A stretch of 64,000 bases of DNA from Octopus bimaculoides (taxonomy: Eukaryota): the NCBI RefSeq assembly GCF_001194135.2, contig NC_069004.1, forward strand, positions 33,649,755 through 33,713,754, written 5' to 3'. The notes below the pieces were generated by a model, which did not search any database, was not told the origin of the DNA, and saw nothing but the letters and a program-made list of their open reading frames with translations. The translations under genes and the position numbers were made by a program. Positions within the stretch are counted from its first letter, which is position 1, and the number at the start of each line of letters is the position of its first letter. Positions 25,093-39,100 of the stretch are shown here, one piece after another.

Positions 25093-26630
25093 CGATGGGC
25101 TTCTTTCAGTTTCTGCCTACCAAATCCACTCTGAAGGTTTTGGTTAGCCTGAAGCTATAATAGAAGACACTTGCCAAGGTATCACACAGTGAGACTGAAC
25201 CTGGAACCATGTGATTGGGAAGCAAGTTTCTTAACGCACAGCTAAGCCTGCCCACCAACTGAAAAATGATAAAAGACTGGATGGTCATGTATGGAAACCT
25301 TAAGATCAAAGATCTGCTGAACCAAAGGTGGCCTAAGACTAAACTTCAACACCACTGACCCCGACAACCACCAACATAAAACATCTCTCATAAAAGACCC
25401 CCTGCAAATAAAAAAAAAAAAAACAGAAGCAAANNNNNNNNNNAAGCAAATATTCTAATACATTAGATAATGTACTCCAAGGTACATAATGTCTGAAATA
25501 AAAAAAAAAAAATGGAGTGAGCATGGCTGGAATGCTTTTGATCTTCTGCTCAATTAGAGCCTACTAAGGAGCTAAACAAAATATTAACCACCTATAAAAA
25601 CATCAACCAACCACCACCACCATGACGACAATGATAACTGCCACCACCACCACCACCACCGACATTGTCACCAGCATAAATATCACCATCACCTCCACCA
25701 CCACCACCATCAGAATAATGATGACAACCACCACCACTGCCATTGCAAACAGCATAAATATCCCCAAACACTTTCTGTGTGTGTGTCTGTGTGCCTGCAT
25801 GCAAGCATGTATACATGTTTTCTTTTTAACCTACCCCTGTCCCCCACCCAGCCATCCACCCGGCTTCATGAAGAATTCTGATTTAGGTGTGGTTTGTTTA
25901 CCAAACACCAGAGATTTTGTCAGTAATTGGAAAGCTAAACTGGATATATATATACACATTAAATATATATATATATACATACATACATTTATATATATAT
26001 ATATATATATACATATATGCATGTGTATCTATATTCATATAGACACACACATAAATGATATTGGAAATGGCAGGGTATGAAGTGGGACAGTTCATGGTGG
26101 TGGTGGTGGTGGGGGGGTTGTAATGTCTCCCTACTCCTTATGAACCTCAGCNNNNNNNNNNNNNNNCATATATATATATACATATATATATATACATATA
26201 TATATATACATATATATATATACATATATATATATACATATATATCATCATCATCATCATCATCGTTGCTTAACGTCTGTTTTCCATGCTGGCATGGGTT
26301 GAACAATTTGACTGAGGACGGACGAGCCAGAAGGCCGCACCAGTCTCCAATCTGATCTGGCAAAGTTTCTACAGCTAGTTGAAAGGCAACATGGACCCCT
26401 GGTCCTCCTTGCACACCAAGTCAAATAGCTACATGGACCTGTACCTCTAGAGAAGACTTAAGTAATCTCTCTGAAATCACGTACTACTCTCTAGGCCAAA
26501 AACATGGAACAAAATATTCAATAATGCAAAGCATCCATGTTGGCAGCATGTAAAGAGTACTCATGATGGTGCCATGTATAAAGCCCCTGGGTCAGTACCA
26601 CATAAAAAGCACCCAATACATTCTGTAGAG

Positions 26631-26998
26631 TACAGAGGGGGAGCGCTAAAACTGTGATAAGTAAAACTGGGATGTTATCAGTCTGAATATGTTTGATGCA
26701 CGTTTGAACTGGGGAACAAGCTACTCACTGCAGAGAATATACCTCGCTTGTTGACAAATGGTGTATAGATTTATATCAAGTTGCATCACCATCTACCCAG
26801 ACTGAGAGGCAAGAATTTCGGAATAGTTATCTTGTCTTCGGTCATTGACACCGAGCAGGCGGTGCTGCGAGCTGATTGAAGAGACTGGTTCTCTTATGCT
26901 TTTCCAATTGCCATATGGCGACTGGCAGTGCTGTACGGTGGGTCACGGTAAGTAAATTACAGAGGGAGAGTGTTAAGCGGTGATAAGTAAAATTGCAA
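26631..26998. mobile_element. ~370-bp insertion with ~37-bp direct terminal repeats inside a (GAT)n-tailed element
   Basis: Repeats at 26631-26668 and 26958-26993; host element breaks at 26630 and resumes at 26999; flanks tgtagag / tgtaaag. Confidence 0.45.
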
Positions 26999-27959
26999 TG
27001 TAAAGTGTTAAGAAGGGCATCCAGCCATAAACACCATTGCCAAAGCAGACAACAAAGCCTGGTGCAGTCCTCTCGCTTCCCAGCTCCTGTCAAGCCGTCC
27101 AACCCATGCCAGCATGAAAATCGGACATTAAATGATGATGACGATGATGATGATGATGGTGATGGTGATGTGGTTTTCAGCTATGCAAAAAGATGTGATG
27201 ATTATGTCTGGAAACATTTCTGATCGTAACCGTTCTCAGTCAAGGCCAAATCGGGGGCTCGACAACAACAACTACAAGAACACCCTATAAAATATGATTA
27301 CAGCTATTTTTATGCCGAGGCAACTCTTAATTCCCAGGGGGTATTTGATATTAAAAAAAAAAAAAAACAGGAATATGATACAGCCCACTTAAGATTCCTG
27401 AGTAATATGGAATGGTTTATCAATTTGCCAAAATTATATGGTGCTGGTTTATTAATAATCTTTGCTATGGGTTGACTTAATAATATTTATTTCTAACATT
27501 GGCACATGGCCAGAAATTTTCAAAGAAGCGATATATTAACCAATTAATGCCACTGAAGCTTATTATGGATACTTTATTTTATCAACCTCAAAAGGAGGAA
27601 AAATCAAGCAAAGTCGACCTTGATGGAAAGGGATGTAACTAAATACCCAAATGCTTTACTGATTCTGTCAAACCAGAGCTTTTCTTTCATTTGTTCTACA
27701 CCTGTTTTTTTTTATGCTAGCATGGGTTAGAAGCATTGTTTTACAGCCGGATGCCTTTCCTGTGGCTAACCTTTACTGGTTTTGCAAGTAAAGAATGTTT
27801 TTATTCATACACATGCACTTATATGCACATATGTACACACACATGTACACATGTGTGTGCGTGTTTATGAAGGATGCATGGGTGTGTCTGCATGTGTGTA
27901 TGTGTGTGTCTGTGTGCATGAAGGACACATGAGTGTGTGTGCATGTGTGTGTGTATGAA

Positions 27960-28190
27960 GGATGCATGGGGGTACTAAGTTATGGGGGACGTAAACACAC
28001 CAGCATCAGTTGTCAAGCGGTGGTGGGGGATAACACACACACACACACAATGGGTTTCTTTCAGTTTCCATCTACTAAATCCATTCACAAGGGTCTGGTC
28101 GGCCCTAGGCTGTACCAGAAGACATTTGCCTGAGGTGCCACACTGTGGGACTGAACCTGAAATCTCGTAGTCAGGAAGCACATGATTAAC
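27960..28190 (-). mobile_element. Composite SINE (CORE head, (CA)n, tail module)
   Basis: Reverse complement of the family at 34609-35130. Confidence 0.7.
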
Positions 28191-29565
28191 CAATAATAAT
28201 TGGTTACAAATTTTGGCACAAGGCCAGCAGTTTTGGTGGGGGCAGGTAAGTTGATTACATCGACCCCAGTACACAACTGGTACTTATTTTATCAACCCCA
28301 AAAAGATGAAAGCCAACAACGGAATAGTAATGTTACGAATCAGTCACAAAATGTTTCCTACGCTCCTCCTCGTTTGTTTCGGTGATGAAGTTTTCCTGGA
28401 GGATGTTCACAGCATTTTCATTGCCTCCCAAAAAAACGTTTTAGGGTATCTTCTCACACCCCTTTCACACCCTGCTCCTGAGCTTGTGTCTGAAAAACCC
28501 ATATGTATCTTAAACCAACTAAATCCCCAATTATAGCCAACCCCAAAACACAAAGCTCCCTAATACCGAAACCACAGCCCTTCCCAATACCAAACCACAA
28601 TGTCGCTCCTCAACAGCCAACTCGAACCCTCACAATACCACCACCACCGCCACAACACCCTCATCAACAACTAATCACAACCACCCCTACGTCACAATAA
28701 CAACTACCACCACAACTGCCTACCCCCAATATCACAACCACCACCATCACCACCACTACCACCACCACCACTACCACCATATCACTCTCTCAACACCAAA
28801 CCACAATTAACCCCTCTCCCACCAATACAATGCCAAGAGTCTGCACCCCTACTACTACCACCTAAGCCATAATTTCTTTAGTTTTGGATTAAATTTAATT
28901 AGAAATTCCTAAAATACCACAATCAATTACTCTAATTTTTTCTTTTTAGTGAAGGGGGAGGGGTCCATTTTCAAAGCCCAGAATGGTATCCCCACATACA
29001 CACACATAAGCGCATAATTCCTTCCACCAACTAATATATACACACACACATGACTCCCACACAACTCACAAATACCTTCACTTACAGACAGACAGACAGA
29101 CAGTCAGACAGACAGTCAGACAGACTAACCCTTAACCCCAAACACACACACACACTACAGGTACCTGTACTGCAGGAGGTCCAGTAATGAAAAGTGAAGG
29201 GATGGATGGGTGGCGAGGGTGAAAGGGGGAGTAGGTAGAGTGGATGAAATGGGGAGCGAAAGAGGTGGGGAGGAGACATGCAGAAGAAATTTATTAGTTA
29301 CGGGAGGGGTAGTTGGGTGAGATTTAAATGGAAAATAATGGGAAGAGAAGATGAAATGGAGACAAAAAATGTATAAAGATATTATAGAGGGTAAAATGGT
29401 AAAGAACACCTTTGGCCAAATTCTTTTGAAGAGCTGAAGCGAAGCAGATATTTTGGAAAGAAGTTTACATATCATAAGTGCTTTCGTTGACAGAAAATAT
29501 TTTCTTAATCTTAATAACTTTGAAGTAAATCTTTCTTGAAATATCGTGACAGTATCAAGTATTTT

Positions 29566-29925
29566 GTGCAGATGTGGCTGTTTGGTAAGAAATTTGCTTC
29601 CCAACCACATGGTTCTGGGTTCAGTCCCACTGTGTGGCACCTTGAGCATGTGTCTTCTACTACAAGCCTCAAGCTGACCGAAGCCTTGCGAGAGGATTTA
29701 GTAGATGGAAACTGAAAGAAACTTCACGATGGTGGTATTTATGTGTGTGTGTCTTTGTGACTATGTTTGTCCCCCTACCATCGTTTGACAACCGATGTTG
29801 GTGTGTTTATGTCCCTGTAACTTAGCAGTTTGGCAAAAAGAGACCAATAGAACAAGTACCTGGCTAACAAAGAATAAGTCTTGGGGTTAATTTCTTCAAC
29901 TAAAAAAAACCCCTTAAAAGTGGTG
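29566..29925 (+). mobile_element. Composite SINE (CORE head, (TG)n, tail module)
   Basis: gtggctgtttggtaag A-box-like, ggttcagtccc B-box-like, accttgagcatgt core, tail gtaacttagcagtttggcaaaaagagaccaatag. Confidence 0.75.
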
Positions 29926-30828
29926 CAAACGCAAGAAAATAGCACTCAATATGCTTGGTTGACCTGAGGCTATAGTAGATGACACTTGTCTGAGGTACCA
30001 TTCAGTGAGATTGAACCAGAAGCCACAAAGTCATATTTCATTTAATTTTGGGAGTAAAGTGATAAATCTTTTTGTTTTCCTTTAATCATTTTTCTTCTTT
30101 TTTCCTTTAGCTTTTGTATAAACCTTGTAAATCAAGTTCTTGCAAATATTTTCTCATATTTACGACACAAAGCAATGAAAGTAGAGACAAAAAAAAAACC
30201 CCAAAAAAACCCCAAAAGCACTCATAGATTTGACTGCTATTTCTAGCATGTTGTATATATATATATATATATATATAATTGGTGGATCCTTTTGCTCATT
30301 GTCAGTGATTTGAATGCGACCATTGAAATGAAAAGTGATGAAGATTTGACAGAAAATTAATGGATAGTCAAACTATTACTTTATAAATATCAACATATTA
30401 ATTAAATTTATTCATAAATGTCAATTGAAGAGTGAAAACTAGCGATTATTGATTCCAACACATTCAAGATTGGAACGAAAATGGCAGGATTATCAATAAA
30501 GAGGAAGGTTATGCTATTTCAAGAAAGAAGCCAAAATATATAGCAAGGATATCGATACAAATGCTTGTAATAGTAGTGGTGGTGGTGGTGGTGGTGGGAA
30601 TTGTAATGATATTGTGGAGAGCGATTTCTGCATATTCATTCTGCGAATTGCAATCCATTGTGTCTTGTTTTGCGAAATCAATGCAGCGTCAGTTTGATGG
30701 ATTGGTGGGGGTTGCACAAAAGAACAATTTCTGTTTGTGCATACGTATTGGGGGAAAATCCTGGAAATCTGTGTGCAGAAAATGCAGAAAATAAATTCTT
30801 TACATTTTAGATTTTATTCATAAACACG

Positions 30829-30870
<42 letters not shown>

Positions 30871-31737
30871 TGCACATAATCATCATCATCATCATCATCA
30901 TCTTTACATCGATTTTCCATGCTGGCATGGGTTGGACGTTTCAATAGGAACTAATTGATTACAGAAGCAGTCTTGCTCCAGTGCACCAGGTTTGGCATGG
31001 CTTCTATAGCAAGATGCTCTTCCTAACACAAACCATGTGGCTCCCATGTGACCATCAGCCATCTTTCTTTCTTTCTTATCCTAACTTGTGTCCTTAGTTT
31101 GACATTGTGTGATAGTTGTAGGCAAGTATCACTGAAATGCAAGCATGTCCTTCATTTCAGATTTTCTCAATGAGGAAATATCTTGTTTGGAAACAGGTGA
31201 GTGAGGGTTGAAGACAGGAATAATCGTCCAACCATAGAAATAAAAAACTCTTTGACAAATTCTGTCTGACCCATACAAGCATGGAAATGTTGATGTTAAA
31301 ACAATGATGATGATGCTGATGATGATATAGATCCAAAATGCTTCCCTTCATCACATTATGCCCCTTTAAAATATGGAGGTGGGTTTAGGGCTGCAGACAA
31401 CTGGAGAAGTGGGGGGGGAGGGGAATTATTTTCAAGAAAGCAAAGCAGGAAGGAAGGAAAGACAATCTACCCCCTCCCCTCTCCAGCATTTCTCCCCCCC
31501 CCCAGTGAACAGAAGTTGAGTGAAACTGGGAGGCAAAATGTTACTGCCGCGTACGTGTATATACACAAACATACACCGACGTATACATACACGTGTACTG
31601 ATATATAAACATACACAAACAAACATACAGTAAACATACATAAATACATACACATATACAGACGTACATACAAACACACAGAATATACAGACATACTGAC
31701 ATACATATGTAACATACATATAGACATACATGCAAAA

Positions 31738-31773
<36 letters not shown>

Positions 31774-31901
31774 GTATGCATATAATATTCATACATAGAT
31801 GCTTACATGTATAAGTTCATACACATGCATACTAACAAACATAAATACATATTGATGTACGTACTTGCGTATACACATGTATGTATAAGTGTGCGTGTGT
31901 G

Positions 31902-31938
<37 letters not shown>

Positions 31939-32464
31939 TGACAAACATACATAACATGCATAAATACACACACAAGCAAAATGACATACACATGCATATA
32001 AGAAGACAGATAGAAGGACATACAGACATGTAGAGACACAAGGGACATATATAAGGATAATGGGTGGGAAATGGCAAATACACACACACAAACACATGCA
32101 CACATGCCTGCACGCGTGCGTGCACACGCACAAACACACACACACACACACACACATCTAAATCTCACCCACCCACCTCTGCTTGCCATCCTTAACAGAA
32201 TGCAAGCTCACCTACCCCAACCACTACCCTTCTACTGCCAGACATATACATACATAGAAATAAGCAGGAACATGTAGTGACAGGAGGGGAGGGGTGACAG
32301 ACAGACAGACAGACAGACCAGTTCCAGTGTTGCAAGAACCGAAGCCATTAATGTGTGCTAGCTACAAGTACTCAAGTACCAGTCACAGGAAGCACATGCC
32401 AGAAGAGGGTGGTGAGTAGAGGTTTCACACACACACACATACATGTAGAAACAACATACACACA

Positions 32465-32503
<39 letters not shown>

Positions 32504-33621
32504 NNNNNNNNNNNNNNNNNNNNNNNNNNNNNNNNNNNNNNNNNNNNNNNNNNNNNNNNNNNNNNNNNNNNNNNNNNNNNNNNNNNNNNNNNNNNNNNNN
32601 NNNNNNNNNNNNNNNNNNNNNNNNNNNNNNNNNNNNNNNNNNNNNNNNNNNNNNNNNNNNNNNNNNNNNNNNNNNNNNNNNNNNNNNNNNNNNNNNNNNN
32701 NNNNNNNNNNNNNNNNNNNNNNNNNNNNNNNNNNNNNNNNNNNNNNNNNNNNNNNNNNNNNNNNNNNNNNNNNNNNNNNNNNNNNNNNNNNNNNNNNNNN
32801 NNNNNNNNNNNNNNNNNNNNNNNNNNNNNNNNNNNNNNNNNNNNNNNNNNNNNNNNNNNNNNNNNNNNNNNNNNNNNATATATATATATATATATATATA
32901 TGTTCGCAAAACCTATATATATATCACCAGAACGCTATGCTTATGAAAATCATACCCCCACCCAACACAATTAAATATATATATATGTGTGTGTGTGTGA
33001 GTATGTGTGTGTGTATGTGTGTGTGTGTGGTATACATATATTTATATATATGATGGCTGCTTCATCATACATACGTAAATATACACACACACAGACACAC
33101 ACACGTATGTATGTGTATGTATGTATCCTAGTGGTGTTTCCTGCATGAATGCAAAGCACATCTGTGATATAAAGCTTGAATGCATATAACAAAATCAGGT
33201 TTTCATATAAAACTCGCAGTCAGTGAGAGACGGGTAGAAAGAGGGCAGATTCCTACCATATATGTACTCCTCTTCAATTATTTTGCTCTGAATTTTGAAA
33301 TTACATTCCCTGCTTTAAAACCCAAGGGATATCCCTCACTACCATATTTAACCAAAAAGGTAGTTTTTCTCTCCAGCCCAGTTGTGTCATTTGTTTCCTG
33401 AAATAAGTTTCAGGGCTTGCATCTTGAAATTGTTTGTTACTACTTTGACCAATGTCTTTGAGGTTCAGCTTGACCACAGCCACTGTGGTCAAGCTGAACA
33501 CTCCTCTTTGAATATTCAGCACTTATTTTTTTTTAATCTTTTGTGTTATTGTTATGCCTGTAGATACATCTATGCATCTATGAACATACTTGCATATATA
33601 CATGCAAATATAGATATATAT

Positions 33622-33663
<42 letters not shown>

Positions 33664-33669
33664 GCGTGA

Positions 33670-34590
33670 AGATAGCATCAAGATGAATGCAGTGCTGAAA
33701 TCTCTGTAAATGCACGATGCATCAAACTGCTCAGAGATGCAAACCCTGGATGCACAACTGATATGGTTCTGCCATCTCCGCCAGTAAGAGTTCCAATTGG
33801 GAAGGGGTGGTCAAGCATGGAGACACTATCTCTTCAAAGCTCTTCACTGCATGCCTAGAAATGGTCATCAGAGATATTGCCTGGGCAAGTGGTGAGAGCA
33901 TTGACGACAAATCTCCTAACACACCTCTGAAATGCAGACGACTTTATAGTCATTGCCGAAACCACAGATCAGCCAGAGACCATGCTGACGCAACAGGACA
34001 CTCCTAACTCAGCAGCAGGCCTTAAAATGAACAGCAGGAAAATGAAACAGAGGCAGCCCTAAGATGCAGCACAAAGCTGAATAGAGGTGGGAAGCGATGA
34101 AATCGAGGAAGTAAAGGAGTATGTCTAATTAGGGTACACAGTGGGTATACACTGAGGTATGGTTGCTGAAATCTCAAAGAAAATAATGGTAGGATGGCAG
34201 GCATTTATTTCAATAAAGCTAGACAATACTCGAAACAAAGCTAGACAAAGCCAATATGTATGAGACTCTTTAATAGCACTGTCCTGCCTGCGCTCTTCTA
34301 CGCAGGTAAGATGTGGTCTGCTATGGAGACGATAGAACATCGATTGGCTGTGAAGCAAAGGACCATGGAGATAGCCATGCTAGGAATATCATCATGGGAG
34401 CATGTTCGAAATTAGGTAATTTGAGAATGGAGTGGAGAGAATGATGCAAGTGAAGAATACCAGAAGACAAGAGTGCTGCTGGTCTGAATGTGTTGCAAGG
34501 TTCACAGACGACTGGTGAACCTATGCAGTTACCAAGGGGCATCCAAGAGATTGCAAAAAGCCACTTGGAAGGCCTCCATGATGATAGGAA
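33670..34590 (+). mobile_element. RTE-clade LINE reverse transcriptase and C-terminal relic
   Basis: GVVKHGDTISSKLFTACLEMVIRDIAW (RT motif G.RQGD.ISP.LF), EIEEVKEYV*LG, and CVARFTDDW...RDCKKPLGRPP at the 3' end; many stops and frameshifts. Confidence 0.85.
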
Positions 34591-34608
34591 GATGAGTTAT
34601 GACAAGAT

Positions 34609-34774
34609 AGGCGTAGGAGTGGCTGTGTGGTAAGTAGCTTGCTCACCAACCACATGGCTCCGGGTTCAGTCCCACTGCATGGCACCTTGGGCAAGTGTCT
34701 TCTACTATAGCCTCGGGCCAACCAAAGCCTTGTGAGTGGATTTGGCAGACGGAAACTGAAAGAAGCCCATCGTA

Positions 34775-34863
<89 letters not shown>

Positions 34864-35130
34864 GTGTGTGTTTATGTTTGTGTGTCTGTGTTTGTCCCTC
34901 CAACATCGTGTGTTGCTGGTGTGTTAACGCCCCCGTAACTTAGTGGTATGGCAAAAGAGACTGATAGAATAAGTACTAGGCTTACAAAGAATAAGTCCTG
35001 GGGTCGATTTGCTCGACTAAAGGCNNNNNNNNNNAGAATAAGTCCTGGGGTCGATTTGCTCGACTAAAGGCGGTGCTCCAGCATGGCCACAGTCAAATGA
35101 CTGTAACAAGTAAAAGTAAAAGAGTAAAGA
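34609..35130 (+). mobile_element. Near full-length composite SINE: tRNA-like head, CORE motif, (TA)n(TG)n, tail module
   Basis: ggagtggctgtgtggtaag, gggttcagtccc, accttgggcaagtgtc, long (TA)n at about 34773-34852, tail ...ctggggtcgatttgctcgactaaaggcggtgctccagcatggcc...; contains a 10-N gap artefact. Confidence 0.85.
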
Positions 35131-36183
35131 GATGGAAATGAACGATGCAACCTAACGCTTTGCAACCAGAGATATATATTGCCATACGGGGATACAGTGA
35201 TTATTACTTAGCTAGTTCATTAATTAAGCATTTAACTAATCAATGTAATGACTTATTGCTTGATCGATCAATAAATCAGTTGATTTGTCGGAGATTTTCT
35301 ATCACCATTTGTGATCTCATCAATGGCAAGCAGACCACCCCGTCATTGCAGTTTGTCATGGTGTGTTCAAACTGGACATAATGATTAGTGAATTCGAATC
35401 AAATAGTTAATTAGTTAATTAGTTGAGTAATAATAACAAGTATAAGAAGTGAAATAGAACCAGTGCATGTGTTTTTTTTACTGTGAAAATACAAAAACAT
35501 GTTTCAACATACAATTTCACATCAAGAATCTTGTAAAACAAATAGAAAAAGTGATGCATGCACTCACACACACACACACACACACTTATAAACTACTGAA
35601 TGTTCTTTTAGCAAACCATTATGCTTTTATCACTGCATTCCTATTAAAAGTGAATTTACTCTTACACACATATGTTCACACACACACACACACACAAGCC
35701 TACACACACACACATAAACACAGGCCTACACACACTTACACACACACACAAACACACCACCACCACCACCACCACCAGAAACAGAGTCTATTTCCTTGAA
35801 AGACATTCCATACATGTTCATCTGTCTTTGATGTTTGTTATTGTTCTTGTTGCCATTGGTTACTCCCTAACACACACGCACACACACATACACTCAAACC
35901 GAATCCATCCTCTCCCCACTCCCCCCCGACATCCTCCTCCTCTCCTTGCTGTATTTGATGCTTTTGTTTAAGAATCAGAAGCTATCTCTAAACAATGGCA
36001 CCAACCAACAAAAATACGCTTTAAGGTGAATCAATTACTGTTTTAAAAACACCAGATGGAAAATTAAAAATACACATACACACATGCATGCACACACACA
36101 CACACACACACACACATACATATATACACATGCATATAAATATATATATACAATATATATTTAACATATTTATACATATCTAT

Positions 36184-36232
<49 letters not shown>

Positions 36233-36945
36233 CACATACATGTATACATACATACACATATATAGATACACGTATAGATATATATATATACATATATATA
36301 CACACACACATACCTATACACATAGATACATATATACATGTGCATACATACCTCTGGAAATACACACACATATCTATGCACATACACATGCATACATATA
36401 TACATACATACATACATACATACATACATACATACCTATACACGCATATACACAAAAAAACCCCACACAAAAATCAAATAAAACTATATAAAAAGAAAAC
36501 AGGAGAGCAGGTAGATTGGCGACCTTCTGTTTTGTAAAGAACTGCCGTTTCTTTTCAATCTGGTGTTCTTAAACGAAGAACTTTTAAGGTTAGATTACAT
36601 GTTGTTATCATAACAAGGATTGTTGTTATTGGCAGAAGCATTTGAGAATCGGTAAAATTGCCTGCCAGTATTTATGGTGAGTCTTTACATTGTGTGTCCA
36701 AATATCACCATTGTTACCTTTGCCTTTCATCTCTCGGCGGGGGGCGGGAGTGGGGATCAATAAAACAGTGTACTAGTCAAGTATTGGAGTTGGTGGTATC
36801 ACCTGAGCCCCACCCCTCAAAATTGCTACATCAGATTAAAATACAATTGCTAATATTGGGTTTTTTAAGCCAATCTTTACATGCTATTATTTGTAATGTA
36901 ATCTACTTCAAATTCAACCATTTAAAATGAATCATATATGTATAA

Positions 36946-37000
<55 letters not shown>

Positions 37001-37121
37001 AGATAGATAGATAGATAGATGTACACACATATTTACGTATGTGTATATATGTGTACATAAACACTCACACACAAGTGAGTGGAAAATAAAGGGTATATAC
37101 ATATATCTGCATACATAAATA

Positions 37122-37154
<33 letters not shown>

Positions 37155-37214
37155 ATAAATAGATAGATAGAGAGATAAACACATGTATTTACATATATAT
37201 GTATATATGTATAT

Positions 37215-37247
<33 letters not shown>

Positions 37248-37262
37248 ATACACATGTATATT

Positions 37263-37339
<77 letters not shown>

Positions 37340-37414
37340 GGAGAGAGAGATAATGACACACTGACATGCATAGATGCATAAATATTTATAATTACACATG
37401 ATCCTACTTCATCC

Positions 37415-37449
<35 letters not shown>

Positions 37450-38099
37450 CAATATGCAGAGGCAGGCAAGGTTACAGGAGTCATAGGATGGATAGAGGGG
37501 AGGGTGGGCAGGCGGATGCTTTGNNNNNNNNNNNNNNNNNNNNNNNNNNNNNNNNNNNNNNNNNNNNNNNNNNNNNNNNNNNNNNNNNNNNNNNNNNNNN
37601 NNNNNNNNNNNNNNNNNNNNNNNNNNNNNNNNNNNNNNNNNNNNNNNNNNNNNNNNNNNNNNNNNNNNNNNNNNNNNNNNNNNNNNNNNNNNNNNNNNNN
37701 NNNNNNNNNNNNNNNNNNNNNNNNNNNNNNNNNNNNNNNNNNNNNNNNNNNNNNNNNNNNNNNNNNNNNNNNNNNNNNNNNNNNNNNNNNNNNNNNNNNN
37801 NNNNNNNNNNNNNNNNNNNNNNNNNNNNNNNNNNNNNNNNNNNNNNNNNNNNNNNNNNNNNNNNNNNNNNNNNNNNNNNNNNNNNNNNNNNNNNNNNNNN
37901 NNNNNNNNNNNNNNNNNNNNNNNNNNNNNNNNNNNNNNNNNNNNNNNNNNNNNNNNNNNNNNNNNNNNNNNNNNNNNNNNNNNNCACTTCTTCCTCCTTG
38001 TCCATTTCTTCCACCGCCACTGCCACCGCTGCCGCCATTCAACAATGTGCTACCCCCACCTCTATTATATTAATGCAGCATGGAAAGCGGACGTTAAAC

Positions 38100-38132
<33 letters not shown>

Positions 38133-38153
38133 ATATATATATATATATACATA

Positions 38154-38535
38154 CAGGTGCAGGAGTTGCTTACCAACCACATGGTTCTGGGTTCAGTCCC
38201 ACTGTGTGGCACCTTGGGCAAGTGTCTTCTACTATAGCCGCGGGTCGACCAAAGCCTTGTGAGTGGATTTTGTAGACGGAAACTGAAAGAAGCCCGTTGT
38301 ATATATGTATATGTATGTATGTATGTATGTATGTGTTTGTGTCTGTGTTTGTCGCCACAACATCGCTTGGCAACTGATAGTGGTTTGTTTACATCCCCGT
38401 AACTTAGCGGTTCAGCAAAAGAAACCAATAGAATAAGTACTAGGCTTACAAAGAATAAGCCCCTGGGTTGATTTGCTTGACTAAAGGCGGTGCTCCAGCA
38501 TGGCCGCAGTCAAATGACTGACACAAATAAAAGAA
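38154..38535 (+). mobile_element. Composite SINE copy
   Basis: Same architecture as 34609-35130 with (TATG)n spacer. Confidence 0.85.
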
Positions 38536-38569
38536 TACATATATAAAGTAGCTACCTATCTTCATGTGG

Positions 38570-39100
38570 CTGCCACCCTTATTAAAATTGTCACACATTC
38601 TCATCTGAAGAACTGATCAACAGATAGATATATGTATGTGCTAGATACCCTTAATAAAATACTTACACATCCGCATTTACCTGCAACTGAAGAGATGCAT
38701 AAGTAATTCTCAGGAGAGATCTACCAGCTACCCTTGAAGTGATACTCAGGAGAGACATACCTGCCACCCTTATGTAACACCCAAGAGAATGTGGAAGGAA
38801 AGCGTAGGCTTTTCACCTACCCCATCTAGCACCTTAAGTAAAATCTAAAGAATACAATAGAATGGGTGAGATTCTCAACCTCAACCACCCCTTAATACAA
38901 TACCCAGAAGAAACGAAAAGGTGGGGTATACTCCCTCACCTCCTCTTCCTACACTTAAAACCAAGAAAAGGTGACTGAAGGAAGGGGTAGGGATGTACAC
39001 CCACTCTCACCTACCAGATACCCTTAAGTATAATACCCAGGAGAAGCACGGGCGGGATGGGGGTGGTTCCAAACCACACCAGCATGCCACCCTTAAAGTG
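38570..39100 (+). repeat. Degenerate ~60-70 bp period array of a CCACCCTTAA...ATACCCAGGAGA motif
   Basis: About nine motif copies with dissimilar intervening sequence. Confidence 0.55.

Noticed and set aside
34987-35070. Apparent 37-bp direct duplication around a 10-N gap
   Set aside because: Identical sequence either side of a fixed 10-N spacer is an unmerged contig overlap; same pattern at about 41975-42080 and 46463-46548.
38570-39100. CRISPR-like repeat-spacer appearance
   Set aside because: Eukaryotic context, degenerate non-palindromic repeats, irregular spacing, no cas genes; kept only as a degenerate array.
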